Shown: one piece after another, positions 1 to 12,208 of the stretch
How the letters are laid out: every line of letters starts with the position of its first letter
Numbering within the stretch: position 1 is the first letter of the stretch
NCBI RefSeq assembly: GCF_006345805.1
Contig: NC_043000.1
Location: 5,084,001-5,148,000 of the forward strand
Length of the DNA: 64,000 nt
Reading direction: 5' to 3'
Source of the DNA: Octopus sinensis
Taxonomy: Eukaryota
Notes under the pieces: model-generated
Databases searched by the model: none
Told to the model about the DNA's origin: nothing
The model's input: only the letters and a program-made list of their open reading frames with translations
Translations under genes and position numbers: made by a program

Positions 1-29
1 CCACCGTCGTGGAGGCCTTCCGAGTGGTC

Positions 30-208
30 GTTTGTCTTAATTGATTTTGAAAAAATGAAGAATTTAGCAAAATAACTCTGTCGTTGTTAAGCTAATGTTT
101 GTAATATAAACCAACAAGTATTGATAGAGTTTTAATTTAGATCACTGTAAAATAGGAAGATTCTATCATAGATGTAAAGGTAGCTGCAGGTGGTTTGGTA
201 TGAAAGGG
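30..208 (-). mobile_element. piggyBac-like MITE, family 2 (partial)
   Basis: Ends ...GAAAGGG followed by ATTAA; internal sequence matches the reverse complement of the 46688-46908 copy. Confidence 0.6.
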
Positions 209-582
209 ATTAAGAAGATAGTTTTCACAGCAAGGACAAGGTGAATACTACACTTAAAGATAACTAGACATAACAAGAACTTAATAGATTCAGCTTCAGA
301 AGATAGCCTTTAATTAAAGCAGCCATCCTTTTAATGGCTTTTAAGAGCAATTAATTAACATGTTCGTTGAGGCATCGTGGTTGATTGGCCTTTAATAACA
401 GCTTGGAATGGTTTTATATTATCAATTCCTCCAATGTAATTCTATTCTCATTTAGCAGATGTTGAATAAAGGAATATAGGAATTTCATAAAGACCCATGC
501 CAAAAGTATGTGTAACCTCTCACCAGCTTCTTTGCTACTATTTATTGTAATTAGAGTTGTTAAGGGAAAAAAAATTGGACAT

Positions 583-1012
583 GGCACAGGTGTGGCTGTT
601 TGGTAAGAAACTTGCTTCCCAATCACATGGTTCTGGGTTCAGTCCCACTACGTGGCACCTTGGGCAAGTGTGTTCTACTATAACCTCAGGCTGACCAAAA
701 CCTTGTGAGTGGATTTGGTAGATGGGAACTGAAAGAGGTCTGTTGCATATATATCTGTGTGTGTGTGTGTCTAAATCTGTGTTTGTCTTTGTGTCTGTGT
801 TTGTCCCCCCCCCCCCACCACAGTTTAACAACCAATGTCCATGTGTTTACATCTCCATAACTTAGCATTTCAGCAAAAGAGCTTGATAAAATAAGTACCA
901 AGCTTAAAAGAAGTACAGAGGTTGATTCATTTGACTAAAAACTGTTCAAGGAGGTACCCCAGCATGGCCACAGTCTAATGACTGAAACAATTAAAAGAAA
1001 AACAGTAAAAGA
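583..1012 (+). mobile_element. tRNA-derived CORE-type SINE (family A)
   Basis: Head with GGTTCAGTCCC B-box-like motif, CORE-like CCTTGGGCAAGTGTGTTCT, internal TA/TG microsatellite, A-rich GTAAAAGA tail; many copies in the window. Confidence 0.8.
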
Positions 1013-1386
1013 AAAATGCCATAAGAATTAGAAGTTTCTAGAAGCAGACATTTGCTTTTATTTCAAACAGCATAAACTATTTCATTTATTCATTACATTT
1101 CCTTCATGTGAAGATTTCCAGCCTAAAGGTAAAAATGTTGTACTCATGATCATAAGGTCTTGGGCACAATTTTAGAACTTGGTGGTGCATTACCCAAGAT
1201 GCAATGCACTTCATTTTATGTTACTTCAGTTTACTCTGTTAATAAATTTCCAAAACTTGTTGCTGCTATTGTTGCTGCAGATGCCAAACCCATTTTCAAA
1301 AAACATTATTATTAGAATTGTTGTTTCATTGAATGCTAGGTATTTGGATTTGCTTGTGCCATATTCTTGGCATTAGCATATGTTAA

Positions 1387-1822
1387 CCTTTTGGTGCCAA
1401 TCTTATTTCTTTATTGCCCACAAGGGGTTAAATATAGAGGGGACAAACAAAGACAGACAAAGGGATTAAGTCGATTACATCGACTCCAGTGCGTAAATAG
1501 TACTTAATTTATTGACCCCGAAAGGATGAAAGGCAAAGTCGACCTCGGCAGAATTTGAACTCAGAACGTAGCGGCAGACGAAATACCACTAAGCACTTCA
1601 CCTGGCGTGCTGACAGTTCTGCCAATATGACTGATACCATCCCTGGATCTATGATACAATCATTTTGTCTTAATGTAATCTAATTTAAAACTTCCAGTCA
1701 AAATTTCATAAGTTTCAGACATCAGCTTAATAATAACAAATTTTTATTAAATTCTTTTATTATTTTCAAAATTCATTGAAAGCAAAGCAGTGTATCTCAA
1801 CAGAAATATGGCAACGAAAGGG
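1387..1822 (+). mobile_element. piggyBac-like MITE family 2, interrupted by a SINE
   Basis: TTAA-CCTTTTGGTGCCAA left end at 1383-1400; remainder 1626-1822 ends GAAAGGG-TTAA. Confidence 0.6.
1403..1625 (-). mobile_element. tRNA-derived SINE (family B)
   Basis: Reverse strand has GAGTTCAAATTC B-box and central GCCTTTCATCCTTTCGGGGTCAATAAATTAAGTAC; the central motif resembles Meta/Sauria-type SINE domains (from recall, unverified). Confidence 0.75.
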
Positions 1823-2936
1823 TTAAAATCCTTTCTCAGCTTCCTTGTAACTGTAGGTGAGCCACATAAGATGTTCAGATATGAAGAAACTATTTCAAGT
1901 GCAAATAATCAGCTAGCCACTTTCAATATATATATATATATATATATACATGGATGGCGATATATATATATATATATATATATAGACAGATATATATATA
2001 TACATGTTACAGATAAAACTGTAGTGAGGAGATTCAGTTTCCTGTTACAGTTAAAAGGTAGTTCAATAAAACACAGCTGCTGATCTTCCACCAGATTTAA
2101 ATGTAGAGAGTTGTCCATTATAGAATAGAGGAATCTAATATTCTATAAGTAAAGAATAGAAGAGAGTTTGCACTGAAGCCAATTGCATTGATTTCACTGT
2201 CCAAGATACGTATCTATCAAACTATTTCTTCACCAAAACTTTGCTATTCTTTTGTTATTTTTTGTGGTATTTACTCCACTAAACTTGAATCTGCCCCAAA
2301 TATGTTTGAAATAATTCCCTTCACCAATGTTCTACTTTTTCGCTTCTCATAAATAAATGCTGCTTCCACCAAGAACTGATTTCTTTCATATTTATTTATT
2401 CCCTCAATCGATAACATGAGTCCACCACCATCAAACCTATTAAATTCCTTATCACACTCACCTCCCAACAACCTTTCTCCACCTTCTCGATGTAAACACA
2501 AATATTGTAGACTTAAAAATATATAAATCATAAATAAATCACACACAAGCAATGCATTTTCTCTGCACATTAAACCTAAATATCTTCATATATATTATCC
2601 AACAAATCAGGACGCATTAGTGAATAGAAAAGGACTGAAAATTTGTACTCTCACTACACTTAAGAGTTTGTGGGAAAATAAGCAAAATAATGAAATCTCA
2701 TCACAGAAAAAAAAGAAAAGAAAGAAAGCACTGAGATTCTACATCAATACTTGTTTTTTCAATATCAACCCGTTCTCAATATGCAAACACTTTATAAAAT
2801 CGTTTATACAAAACTGATTCAGACAGGAGAGGAGTCTTTAGTCCTACAACAGATAATAACTCTAGTGCTAGTGGTGTAAGAAAATGAATTTAGTCTGAAG
2901 TGAGACATAGATCTATCTGACCCACATTAGCTTTTA

Positions 2937-3154
2937 CCCTTTAGCATTTAATTCAGCCATATCTAGCCAAAATATTCTACCAGTTTTATGTTAAAACTGA
3001 CCAGGTCCAACCTCTCATACCTACCCACAATGTCATTCTAAAAATATACAAACACACCGTTGAAATCTTGAAGCTACAAGATAATGTGTGATCAATTCAA
3101 AACAATGTGGTTAAATAAGCAAACATTTGACAAAGAAATCTGAATGCTAAAGGG
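2937..3154 (+). mobile_element. piggyBac-like MITE, family 1
   Basis: 12-bp perfect TIR CCCTTTAGCATT/AATGCTAAAGGG; flanks TTTA/TTAT (decayed TTAA). Confidence 0.7.
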
Positions 3155-3242
3155 TTATCCAAACACTGTTCAATTACGATGATGAAGACAATAGCAGTCA
3201 GGATTAAATTAATGTCTTCCATTATAGGTTGATATTCTTTTA

Positions 3243-3458
3243 GAAATATTGGTTTCAAATTTTGGCACAAGGCCAGTAATTTCACGGGAGGTAGGTTAAG
3301 TTGATTATATCGATACCATTACTTATTTTATTGACCCCCAAAAAGGATGAAAAATAAAGTTGACCTCGGTGGAATTTGAACTCAGAACATAAGAACGGAT
3401 GAAATGTCACCAAGCATTTTGCCTGGCATGCTAATGATTCTACCAGCCGGCCACCTTA
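3243..3458 (-). mobile_element. SINE family B
   Basis: Same head and central domain as 1403-1625. Confidence 0.7.
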
Positions 3459-3572
3459 AATTCTCTTAGAAATATTGATAAAATGAAAATAAGAACATTT
3501 TAATTTTTACTTCTGAACTCCTGAAGGAAAATACGAGCATAAAACAAAAAAGAAAAGTTTTGTGTTATAATG

Positions 3573-3576
<4 letters not shown>

Positions 3577-3607
<31 letters not shown>

Positions 3608-4575
3608 ATTGGCACTCCATTGATTATGACAACAAGTGTTCCAGCTGATCTTTTCAATGAAACAGCCTGCTTCTGTGTGTGGCTGAGTATCCACACATAT
3701 TCATACCATCAATGCAGTTCTCAGGGAGATTTAGAAGTGACACATAATGCCACAAAGCAGTCACTTTGAATCACGGATATGACTCAGTTCTTCCAGTTGA
3801 GTTGACCGAAGCAAAGTAAAATAAAGTGGCTTGCTCAAGGACACATTACGCTGCTGGGAATTGAACTCATGAGTTTACAATCGTGAGATAAATACCCTAA
3901 CCATTAAGCCAAGTACCTTCACAGATATATACACTTTTACTCTTTTACTTACTTCAGTCATTGACTGCAGCCATGCTGGAGCACCACCTTTAGTCGAACA
4001 AATCAACCCCAGGACTTATTCTATTGGTTGTCAAACGATGTTGGGGTGACAAACACAAACACACAAACATCTACACACACACACCACACACACACACACA
4101 CTTATTGGCACTCCATTGATTATGACAACAAGTGTTCCAGCTGATCTTTTCAATGAAACAGCCTGCTTCTGTGTGTGGCTGAGTATCCACACATATTCAT
4201 ACCATCAATGCAGTTCTCAGGGAGATTTAGAAGTGACACATAATGCCACAAAGCAGTCACTTTGAATCACGGATTTGACTCAGTTCTTCCAGTTGAGTTG
4301 ACCGAAGCAAAGTAAAATAAAGTGGCTTGCTCAAGGACACATTACGCTGCTGGGAATTGAACTCATGAGTTTACAATCGTGAGATAAATACCCTAACCAT
4401 TAAGCCAAGTACCTTCACAGATATATACACTTTTACTCTTTTACTTACTTCAGTCATTTGACTGCAGCCATGCTGGAGCACCACCTTTAGTCGAACAAAT
4501 CAACCCCAGGACTTATTCTATTGGTTGTCAAACGATGTTGGGGTGACAAACACAAACACACAAACATCTACACAC
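3577..4575. repeat. Near-identical tandem duplication, period 496 bp, bounded by (CA)n
   Basis: CTTATTGGCACTCC starts at 3605 and again at 4101; only a few differences between copies. Confidence 0.85.
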
Positions 4576-4776
4576 ACACACACACATACACACACACATA
4601 CATACATATATTCGACGGGCTTCTTTCAGTTTCTGTCTTCCAAATCCACTCACAAGGCTTTGGTCGGTCCAAGGCTGTAGTAGAAGACACTTGCCGAAAG
4701 GTGCCACACAGTGGGACTGAACCTGGAACCATGTGGTTCGTAAGTAAGCTACTTACCACACAGCCACTCCTATGCC
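4431..4776 (-). mobile_element. SINE family A with internal deletion
   Basis: Reverse complement of the family A tail, CORE and head. Confidence 0.8.
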
Positions 4777-5162
4777 TATATATATATTATATGGAGAAAA
4801 GCTTTTATGTGATGTTCTCATGACTGCCACATGTGCTTAACACATGAAGTTGACCAATCAAGTTGTACATAAAAAGATAGCATTCTGAGCCACATTCCTA
4901 CTTTAAAAACAGGCTATTTTTATAGCAATGATCAGAAGAGACCTAATTTGCAACATAACTTCATATAGCATACCCTTTAGAAAATCTAGTGTCAATCTGG
5001 TAAAGTGTACTTCTTATATTTTAGAATATAATTAAATTCTAATTAATTCTAATATATTCTCAGTGCATTTTCAACTTTATGTCTTCTATTCCTTCACTTC
5101 TTTGAATTAAAAAAATTAATATATGTATGAATGTATGTATGTATACATACATATATGCAAAC

Positions 5163-5310
<148 letters not shown>

Positions 5311-5807
5311 ATGATGAAATCCTCCTTGAGTAAAGATTAAGTAAAAAAGGAAAATAAATGAATGCTAGAAAGAGCTAATGGAATAACTTGCAGAGACCAT
5401 TTGGATGTATCTATGATAATTTAGATTTCAGGATTAAAAGCACATTGAATATGGATATACACTTACATACATTAGATATATATATATGTGTGTGTGTGTG
5501 TGTATGTATGTGTGTTAATATACTCATATAATTGTAAATATACATATATATATATATATATGCAATTGTAAATAGATATGCACAGATACATATATGAATG
5601 CATTGCATTCTTGAGTAAAACATTTCATTTCCCTTTGCTCTGGTCCACTCCAGTCCATGGAACGTTGGACTGCCCATCTAGTCAGTGGGATGGCATCAAA
5701 CAAAAATGCAAGGAAGGACATTGTGGTCAGCACTGTATAACAACACTCAGTAGTCTAGTTGATGTAGTGATACAATGAGATCTATATATATATATATATA
5801 TATATAT

Positions 5808-6212
5808 CCAGCCTCGCCTGGTCCCCGTGCCGGTGGGACATAAAAAGCACCACCCGACTGTGTCCGTTGCCAGCGCTGCCCTGACTGGCCTCTGTGCCGG
5901 TGGCACGTAAAAAGCACCATCCGATCGTGGCCGTTGCCAGCCTTGCCTGGCCCACATGCCGGTGGCACATAAAAAGCACCATCTGTCCGTGGCCGTTTGC
6001 CAGCCCCGTCTGGCACCTGTGCGGGTGGCACATAAAAAGCACCCACTACACTCACGGAGTGGTTGGTGTTAGGAAGGGCATCCAGCCATAGAAACACTGC
6101 CAGATCAGACTGGAGCCTAGTGCAGCCTTCTGGCTTCCCAGACCCCAGTTGAACCGTCCAACCCATGCTAGCATGGAAACGGATGCTAAATGATGATGAT
6201 GATGATGATGAT
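5808..6212 (+). mobile_element. RTE-clade LINE 3' end or RTE-tail element with four tandem subrepeats and (GAT)n tail
   Basis: GGAAGGGCATCCAGCC...CCAACCCATGCTAGCATGGAAA...(GAT)n; flanked by (TA)n on both sides. Confidence 0.75.
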
Positions 6213-6218
6213 ATATAT

Positions 6219-6260
<42 letters not shown>

Positions 6261-6270
6261 TATATATATA

Positions 6271-7409
6271 GTGACGTATTTTTGCCATTTCAATATGGCT
6301 AACCCCTAAGGGTGGATGCTACTGTAGTTTTTAGCCCCAGGAGGACACACTCCTCCAGCTGTCCATAGACACACTATCTGTGTCCTGTCAGTATTTGCAA
6401 AGGAAGTCATCCTTCCCGTCTTCAACTTATGATACACACGGACTCGAGTTTCGAGGTATTGACCTCTCGTCAGCGTGTGACAATCATAGTTGTCGCCGAG
6501 AATTAGATTTCCTTCACAAATACTTATACTTTTTCTAGCGCCCACTGTCGCTGATATTGAAAAAGTGAAATCAAACAATGATAATATCAAAGTGAGTTAT
6601 ATACAGTAGCGGTAACACATCGTGACGTATTTTTGCCATTTCAATATGGCTACCCCTAAGCGTGGATGCTACTGTAGTTTTTAGCCCCAGGAGGACACAC
6701 TCCTCCAGCTGGCCATAGACACACTATCTGTGTCCTGTCAGTATTTGCAAAGGGAAGTCATCCTTCCCGTCTTCAACTTATGATACACACGGACTCGAGT
6801 TTCGAGGTATTGACCTCTCGTCAGCGTGTGACAATCATAGTTGTCGCCGAGAATTAGATTTCCTTCACAAATACTTATACTTTTTCCAGCGCCCACTGTC
6901 GCTGATATTGAAAAAGTGAAATCAAACAATGATAATATCAAAGTGAGTTATATACAGTAGCGGTAACACATCGTGACGTATTTTTGCCATTTCAATATGG
7001 CTACCCCTAAGCGTGGATGCTACTGTAGTTTTTAGCCCCAGGAGGACACACTCCTCCAGCTGGCCATAGACACACTATCTGTGTCCTGTCAGTATTTGCA
7101 AAGGAAGTCATCCTTCCGTCTTCAACTTATGATACACACGGACTCGAGTTTCGAGGTATTGACCTCTCGTCAGCGTGTGACAATCATAGTTGTCGCCGAG
7201 AATTAGATTTCCTTCACAAATACTTATACTTTTTCCAGCGCCCACTGTCGCTGATATTGAAAAAGTGAAATCAAACAATGATAAATATCAAAGTGAGTTA
7301 TATACAGTAGCGGTAACACATCGTGACGTATTTTTGCCATTTCAATATGGCTAACCCCTAAGGGTGGATGCTACTGTAGTTTTTAGCCCCAGGAGGACAC
7401 ACTCCTCCA
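6271..7409 (+). repeat. Tandem satellite, ~351-bp unit x ~3.25, MITE-derived
   Basis: GTGACGTATTTTTGCC starts at 6271, 6622, 6973 and 7323; homologous to 29458-29844 and 51663-51940. Confidence 0.9.
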
Positions 7410-7442
7410 TATATATATATATATATATATATATAGATTAAG

Positions 7443-7901
7443 AAGTGCTGATCTCTCAAAGGGAAGGGACATGTTGAAGTGCAAGACATAGGAAGAAATG
7501 GAATGAAGTACTGAAGAATGACTGTAGGAAGTTGAACCTTTGAGGTGAGATAACAAAGGACCAAAATACCTCATGCCTTGCCATACTCAAGAAGACTTGT
7601 ACAACGCAGCAGAAATGTTAAGACTGAGCCTTCTGGTTGGTGTAAAGCACTTGTCGTGGTGTCATGTAAGAGTGCCTGTGTGGTGTGATGTCAAGGTGCC
7701 TGTAAGGTACCATGTAAAAGCACCTGTGCAGTGGCATGTAAAAGCACCCAACACACACTGTAAAGTAGGAAGGGCATCCATCCATAGAAACCATGTCAAA
7801 CCAGACTGCAGACTGGTGCAGCTGCCCAGCTTACCAGCTCTGGGCACAAAGAAAAAAACCCATGCCAGCATGGACAATGGATGTGAGATGATACTGATGA
7901 T
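7443..7901 (+). mobile_element. Decayed RTE LINE 3' end (ORF C-terminus plus 3' UTR)
   Basis: Frameshifted translation ...RHRKKWNEVLKNDCRKLNL*GEITKDQ... resembles the RTE C-terminus (GRPRKTWxEVVxxD); followed by GCAC-AAAAGCAC repeats and the GGAAGGGCATCC tail. Confidence 0.65.
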
Positions 7902-7906
7902 GTGCG

Positions 7907-7937
<31 letters not shown>

Positions 7938-7987
7938 GTGTGTATGTATGTATGTATGTATGTATCTATCTATCTATATATATATAT

Positions 7988-8163
7988 AGCACCCACTACA
8001 CTCACGGAGTGGTTGGCATTAGGAAAGGCATCCAGCCGTAGAAACACTGCCAGATCAGACTGGGCCTGATGCAGCCTTCTGACTTCACAGACCCCAGTTG
8101 AACCGTCCAACCCATGCTAGCATGGAAAGCGGATTCTAAAGGATGATGATGATGATGATGATA
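7988..8163 (+). mobile_element. RTE-tail fragment in (TA)n
   Basis: Near-identical to the 3' part of 59923-60157. Confidence 0.75.
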
Positions 8164-8236
8164 TATAATATATATATATATATACACATTAGCACCTACA
8201 TTTTCTTTTTGATTTTAGGCATCTAGCCACCTTCAT

Positions 8237-8275
<39 letters not shown>

Positions 8276-8673
8276 TATATATGTATTTATATGTGTATGT
8301 GTGTATTATATATATATGTATATATACACACACACACACACATATAATTGTGTCTGTGTACGTGATATGTATAGGCATGTATGCGTGAGCACGTACATGA
8401 TGTGATTTCATTGGAAGTGATTACTTGATTGCGTAATAGTTCATCATGCCTGGTCAGTCATCATCATAGTGGTTCAATTCCCACTGGGAGTGGTTGTATT
8501 TCCTCTTTGAAGTAGATTTGTTTACATATGTAATGCCCATCAATATCAATTTTCATAAAAGTTTGAACTATTAATATGTTAGCTAACCTAACATGCACAT
8601 TCAATAAATGCATCTCTGAAATATATAGATTACATATATATATATATATATATATACATATATATAATATATG

Positions 8674-8709
<36 letters not shown>

Positions 8710-8714
8710 GTTAA

Positions 8715-8750
<36 letters not shown>

Positions 8751-9558
8751 TATATATATGTATATATATTATATATATATTATAATCTAATATATGTATA
8801 TTATATATGTATATATAATATGTATATATGTATGTCATCATCATTTTAATGTTTTAATGTCCACTTTTCCATGCTAGTGTGGGTCAGATGGGATTTATCG
8901 AGGCAAGTTTTCTACGGTTGAGTGTCCTTTTCCTCAAATCTTATTTGTTCAGCTATGGTTTTGCAGAATATTGGAAATGAATGTCATTCATTTACAACTA
9001 TGACACAACGTCAAGGCAAGGAGACATGAACTCACACACACACACTACGGGGTGCTTCCAGTTTCTGTCCACCAATCCATTCAGGAGTCAGGAGGCTTTG
9101 GTTACACAAGGGTTATACATGTAAATATATATACATATATATATATATACATAATATATATATATAATTATATATATATATATATATACTCTTTATCTTT
9201 TATTAAACTTTTAATACTATTAAAAAAAAAAAAATAAATTAATTAATAAATAAAATAATATATAAATATAAAAATATACATACATATATATATATACATT
9301 TGTATATATATATTTAAAATTTATAAGTTTAAATTATTTAAATAATTTTTTAATTTTTAACTTTTATATTTTAAAATTAATTTTATGTATTGGCTTATGT
9401 TTTTCACTGTTTGATTTGCCTAATAGTGGTTTTATCTTTAATTTAATATAATATAATATGATATATTTATACTATAAAATTGGATTTAATCCTAAATCTC
9501 ATTTTTCCCTGTAAGTTTGGATTTATTCCCTAATATTATTATTATTAATATATATATA

Positions 9559-9616
<58 letters not shown>

Positions 9617-9919
9617 ATATATATGTATATATATATGTATATATGTATACATATACCTATAAGAGGGATGACTTATATTTTTCTGAATCTTCAGATTTTT
9701 CTATATGCTAGACCACTGGTTTTAAATTGATATTAATCAAATTAATATTCAATTTTTCTCCCTTATTGTTTTAAATTTATATATAAGAGGGTTGTTGCAA
9801 TCAACAATCCTGCAATCTCTAAAATTGTTGTCCTTGTACCAAAATTTGAACCCATTATTATTATTATCATTCTTCTTCTTCTTCTTCTTCTTCTCTTATT
9901 ATTATTATTATTATTATTA

Positions 9920-9950
<31 letters not shown>

Positions 9951-10719
9951 CATTATTATTAGTATTTTCATCATTAATACCCTATACAGAATCATGACAT
10001 TAGTTGTTTTTTAACAGACTGTCTTAGGGAAATATACTAATGAACTAGCATTGACACACGTATAATAAATCACAAAGTTTTAAGAAAAATGCTTATCAAC
10101 TAAGGGTATACTCACTTCAATAAGATATATATGCATAATTAGGAGTATATCAAGCTTGTATATTATTCATGAACAAATTTTCCAATTATCAAGAAATAAC
10201 TATGAATGTTTATTTTGAGAGAATTATCAAGATAAAATTTGTAGATATGAAGATGTGATTTACTTGAATAAGTTTTTAATGAACGAAGTCCCGATAATTT
10301 AGTTTTTAGTTTTTCACACTACTTTTTGTGAATGCATTATCTTCTTCATCTTGTTTTCGCTATCGGTTAATTTTTTTAAATAATTTTAAATCTGTATTAT
10401 TTCTATGTTTGCACGAGATGTGATGTTGTTGGCTGTTTTTGTTATTCTTGTTGTTGTTGTTGTTGTTGTTGTTGTGTCTGACTGAGTTATTCTATGATCA
10501 AAAGCATTCAAGTCTATATTTGTTTGTATGTGAGTGTGTGTGTGTGTGTACATATATATATATAAATATATATATATATATTATATATATATATATATAT
10601 ATACATATACAAACATATATATACATATACATATACAAACATATATATACATATATAAACATATATATTTATATATATATACATACATACACAAACAAAC
10701 ACACCACACACACACACAC

Positions 10720-10784
<65 letters not shown>

Positions 10785-11284
10785 TATATATATATATATT
10801 AATGCATGAATTTTCCGTTTTTCCTGAGAGTGTCGAACTAATACACCTGCTAGTTGTTCCTTCACCTGTCTCTGTCTTTTGTTTTCTGTACATTTGAACA
10901 ATACGTACATATATTTGTGTATTTACATGTATAGTAAGCAAAGACAAATGGATACTTTGAAACATTACATGTGTTCCAATAGTGTGGTTTGCCAAAAATA
11001 CAAGTCCTTTATGTAATTCATTATGTAATGGACTCATATCTGAATTAAACCAAGCTGTTGAAATGTTTGCAACAATGTTTTAGACAATCCATTCATTTTT
11101 GTTTACTAAGTATTACACTGCATAACATGTAACAATTATGCCTTTGATACATACATGGTCTGAGACCTACAAAGAACTGCTCAATCCAGTATGGACTGTT
11201 GAGTCAACCAAATGAATTGCCCACCAGTTTTCTCAAGTAACCTGTTTAGCCAAAATGGTATGTGGTATTTCCTGGTTAACTTAC

Positions 11285-11350
11285 CTTGACCTAATTGATC
11301 CACCCCCAACCCCTGTATTGCTGTATATTATGGGTAGCCTTCAGCATTTT
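11285..11350 (-). other. Candidate 66-nt exon (non-coding or stop-containing)
   Basis: ccttttaaacag| acceptor and AAG|gtaagt donor; stops in all three frames. Confidence 0.3.
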
Positions 11351-11470
11351 CTGTTTAAAAGGGTTTATCAGCTTACATGTTTGTATTTATAGCTTTCTGT
11401 GATGTACTTCAAAATCCAATCTTCCAAAACAGAATTATTTCCTATTCTCTCAAAAGTTTATAAAATGCTC

Positions 11471-11714
11471 AGTGCCTCTTGACTGGCTCCTGTGCCAGTG
11501 GCACGTGAAAAGCACCTGCTGAATGTGGTTGATGCCAGCGTCCCCTGACTGGCTCCCATGCCGGTGGCATGTGAAATGCACCCACTACACTCTCGGAGTG
11601 GTTGGTATTAGGGAGGGCATCCAGCTGTAGAAACCTTGCCAGATCAGATTGGAGCCTGTTGCAGCCTACTGGCTTGCCAATCCTCAGTCAAACCATCCAA
11701 CCTATGCTAGCATG
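11471..11714 (+). mobile_element. RTE-tail element
   Basis: Two GTGCC..GGCAC..AAAAGCAC units plus the GGAGGGCATCCAGC tail. Confidence 0.7.
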
Positions 11715-11740
11715 ATTATTATATAATAATAATAATAATA

Positions 11741-11779
<39 letters not shown>

Positions 11780-12208
11780 TAATAATAATAATAATAAATT
11801 ATGAGGAAATATAAGCCACATTTAATTAATAATCAAATGTGGCTTATATTAATAAGCTTGATTAGTAATTACTTTGAATAACGTTCCTTGTTATAAAGAA
11901 TACTTTTATTCGAAGACAAGAGTCACAAACTGTAATTTGATTAAAAGATACATAAAAAGAAAAAAAAAAACTACTCATTCTCCTTGACTAGTTCAATGAG
12001 AATAAATGAATTGGTATTAAATGTGAAAATATTTCATGTCATCTAAACGACAATTAATATTTATTATCTAATATATCTAACAGAGATTCAGCAATTATTT
12101 TTACTAAGTAGTGCTTTTCATCTTCATTATGTTTATACATAGATACTTTCATACATAAATACACACACGCACACAAACACACACATGTATATGTGTGTGT
12201 GTGTGTGT

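Noticed and set aside
2271-2570. 99-aa minus ORF and a 24-nt exon with GAG|gtgagt
   Set aside because: No recognisable domain and a weak acceptor (tacatcgag)
5894-5918. Twister or pistol ribozyme interpretation of the GTGCCGGTGGCACGTAAAAAGCAC motif
   Set aside because: Lacks their conserved elements and additional pairings; only a simple pseudoknot is supportable
5827-6043. CRISPR-like array (25-nt repeats, ~38-42-nt spacers)
   Set aside because: Spacers are homologous to one another, the array sits in an RTE 3' UTR, the context is eukaryotic and there are no cas genes
6306-6941. Duplicated ORFs MILSLFDFTFSISATVG...
   Set aside because: Incidental frames in the satellite unit; a frameshift between copies shows no coding constraint
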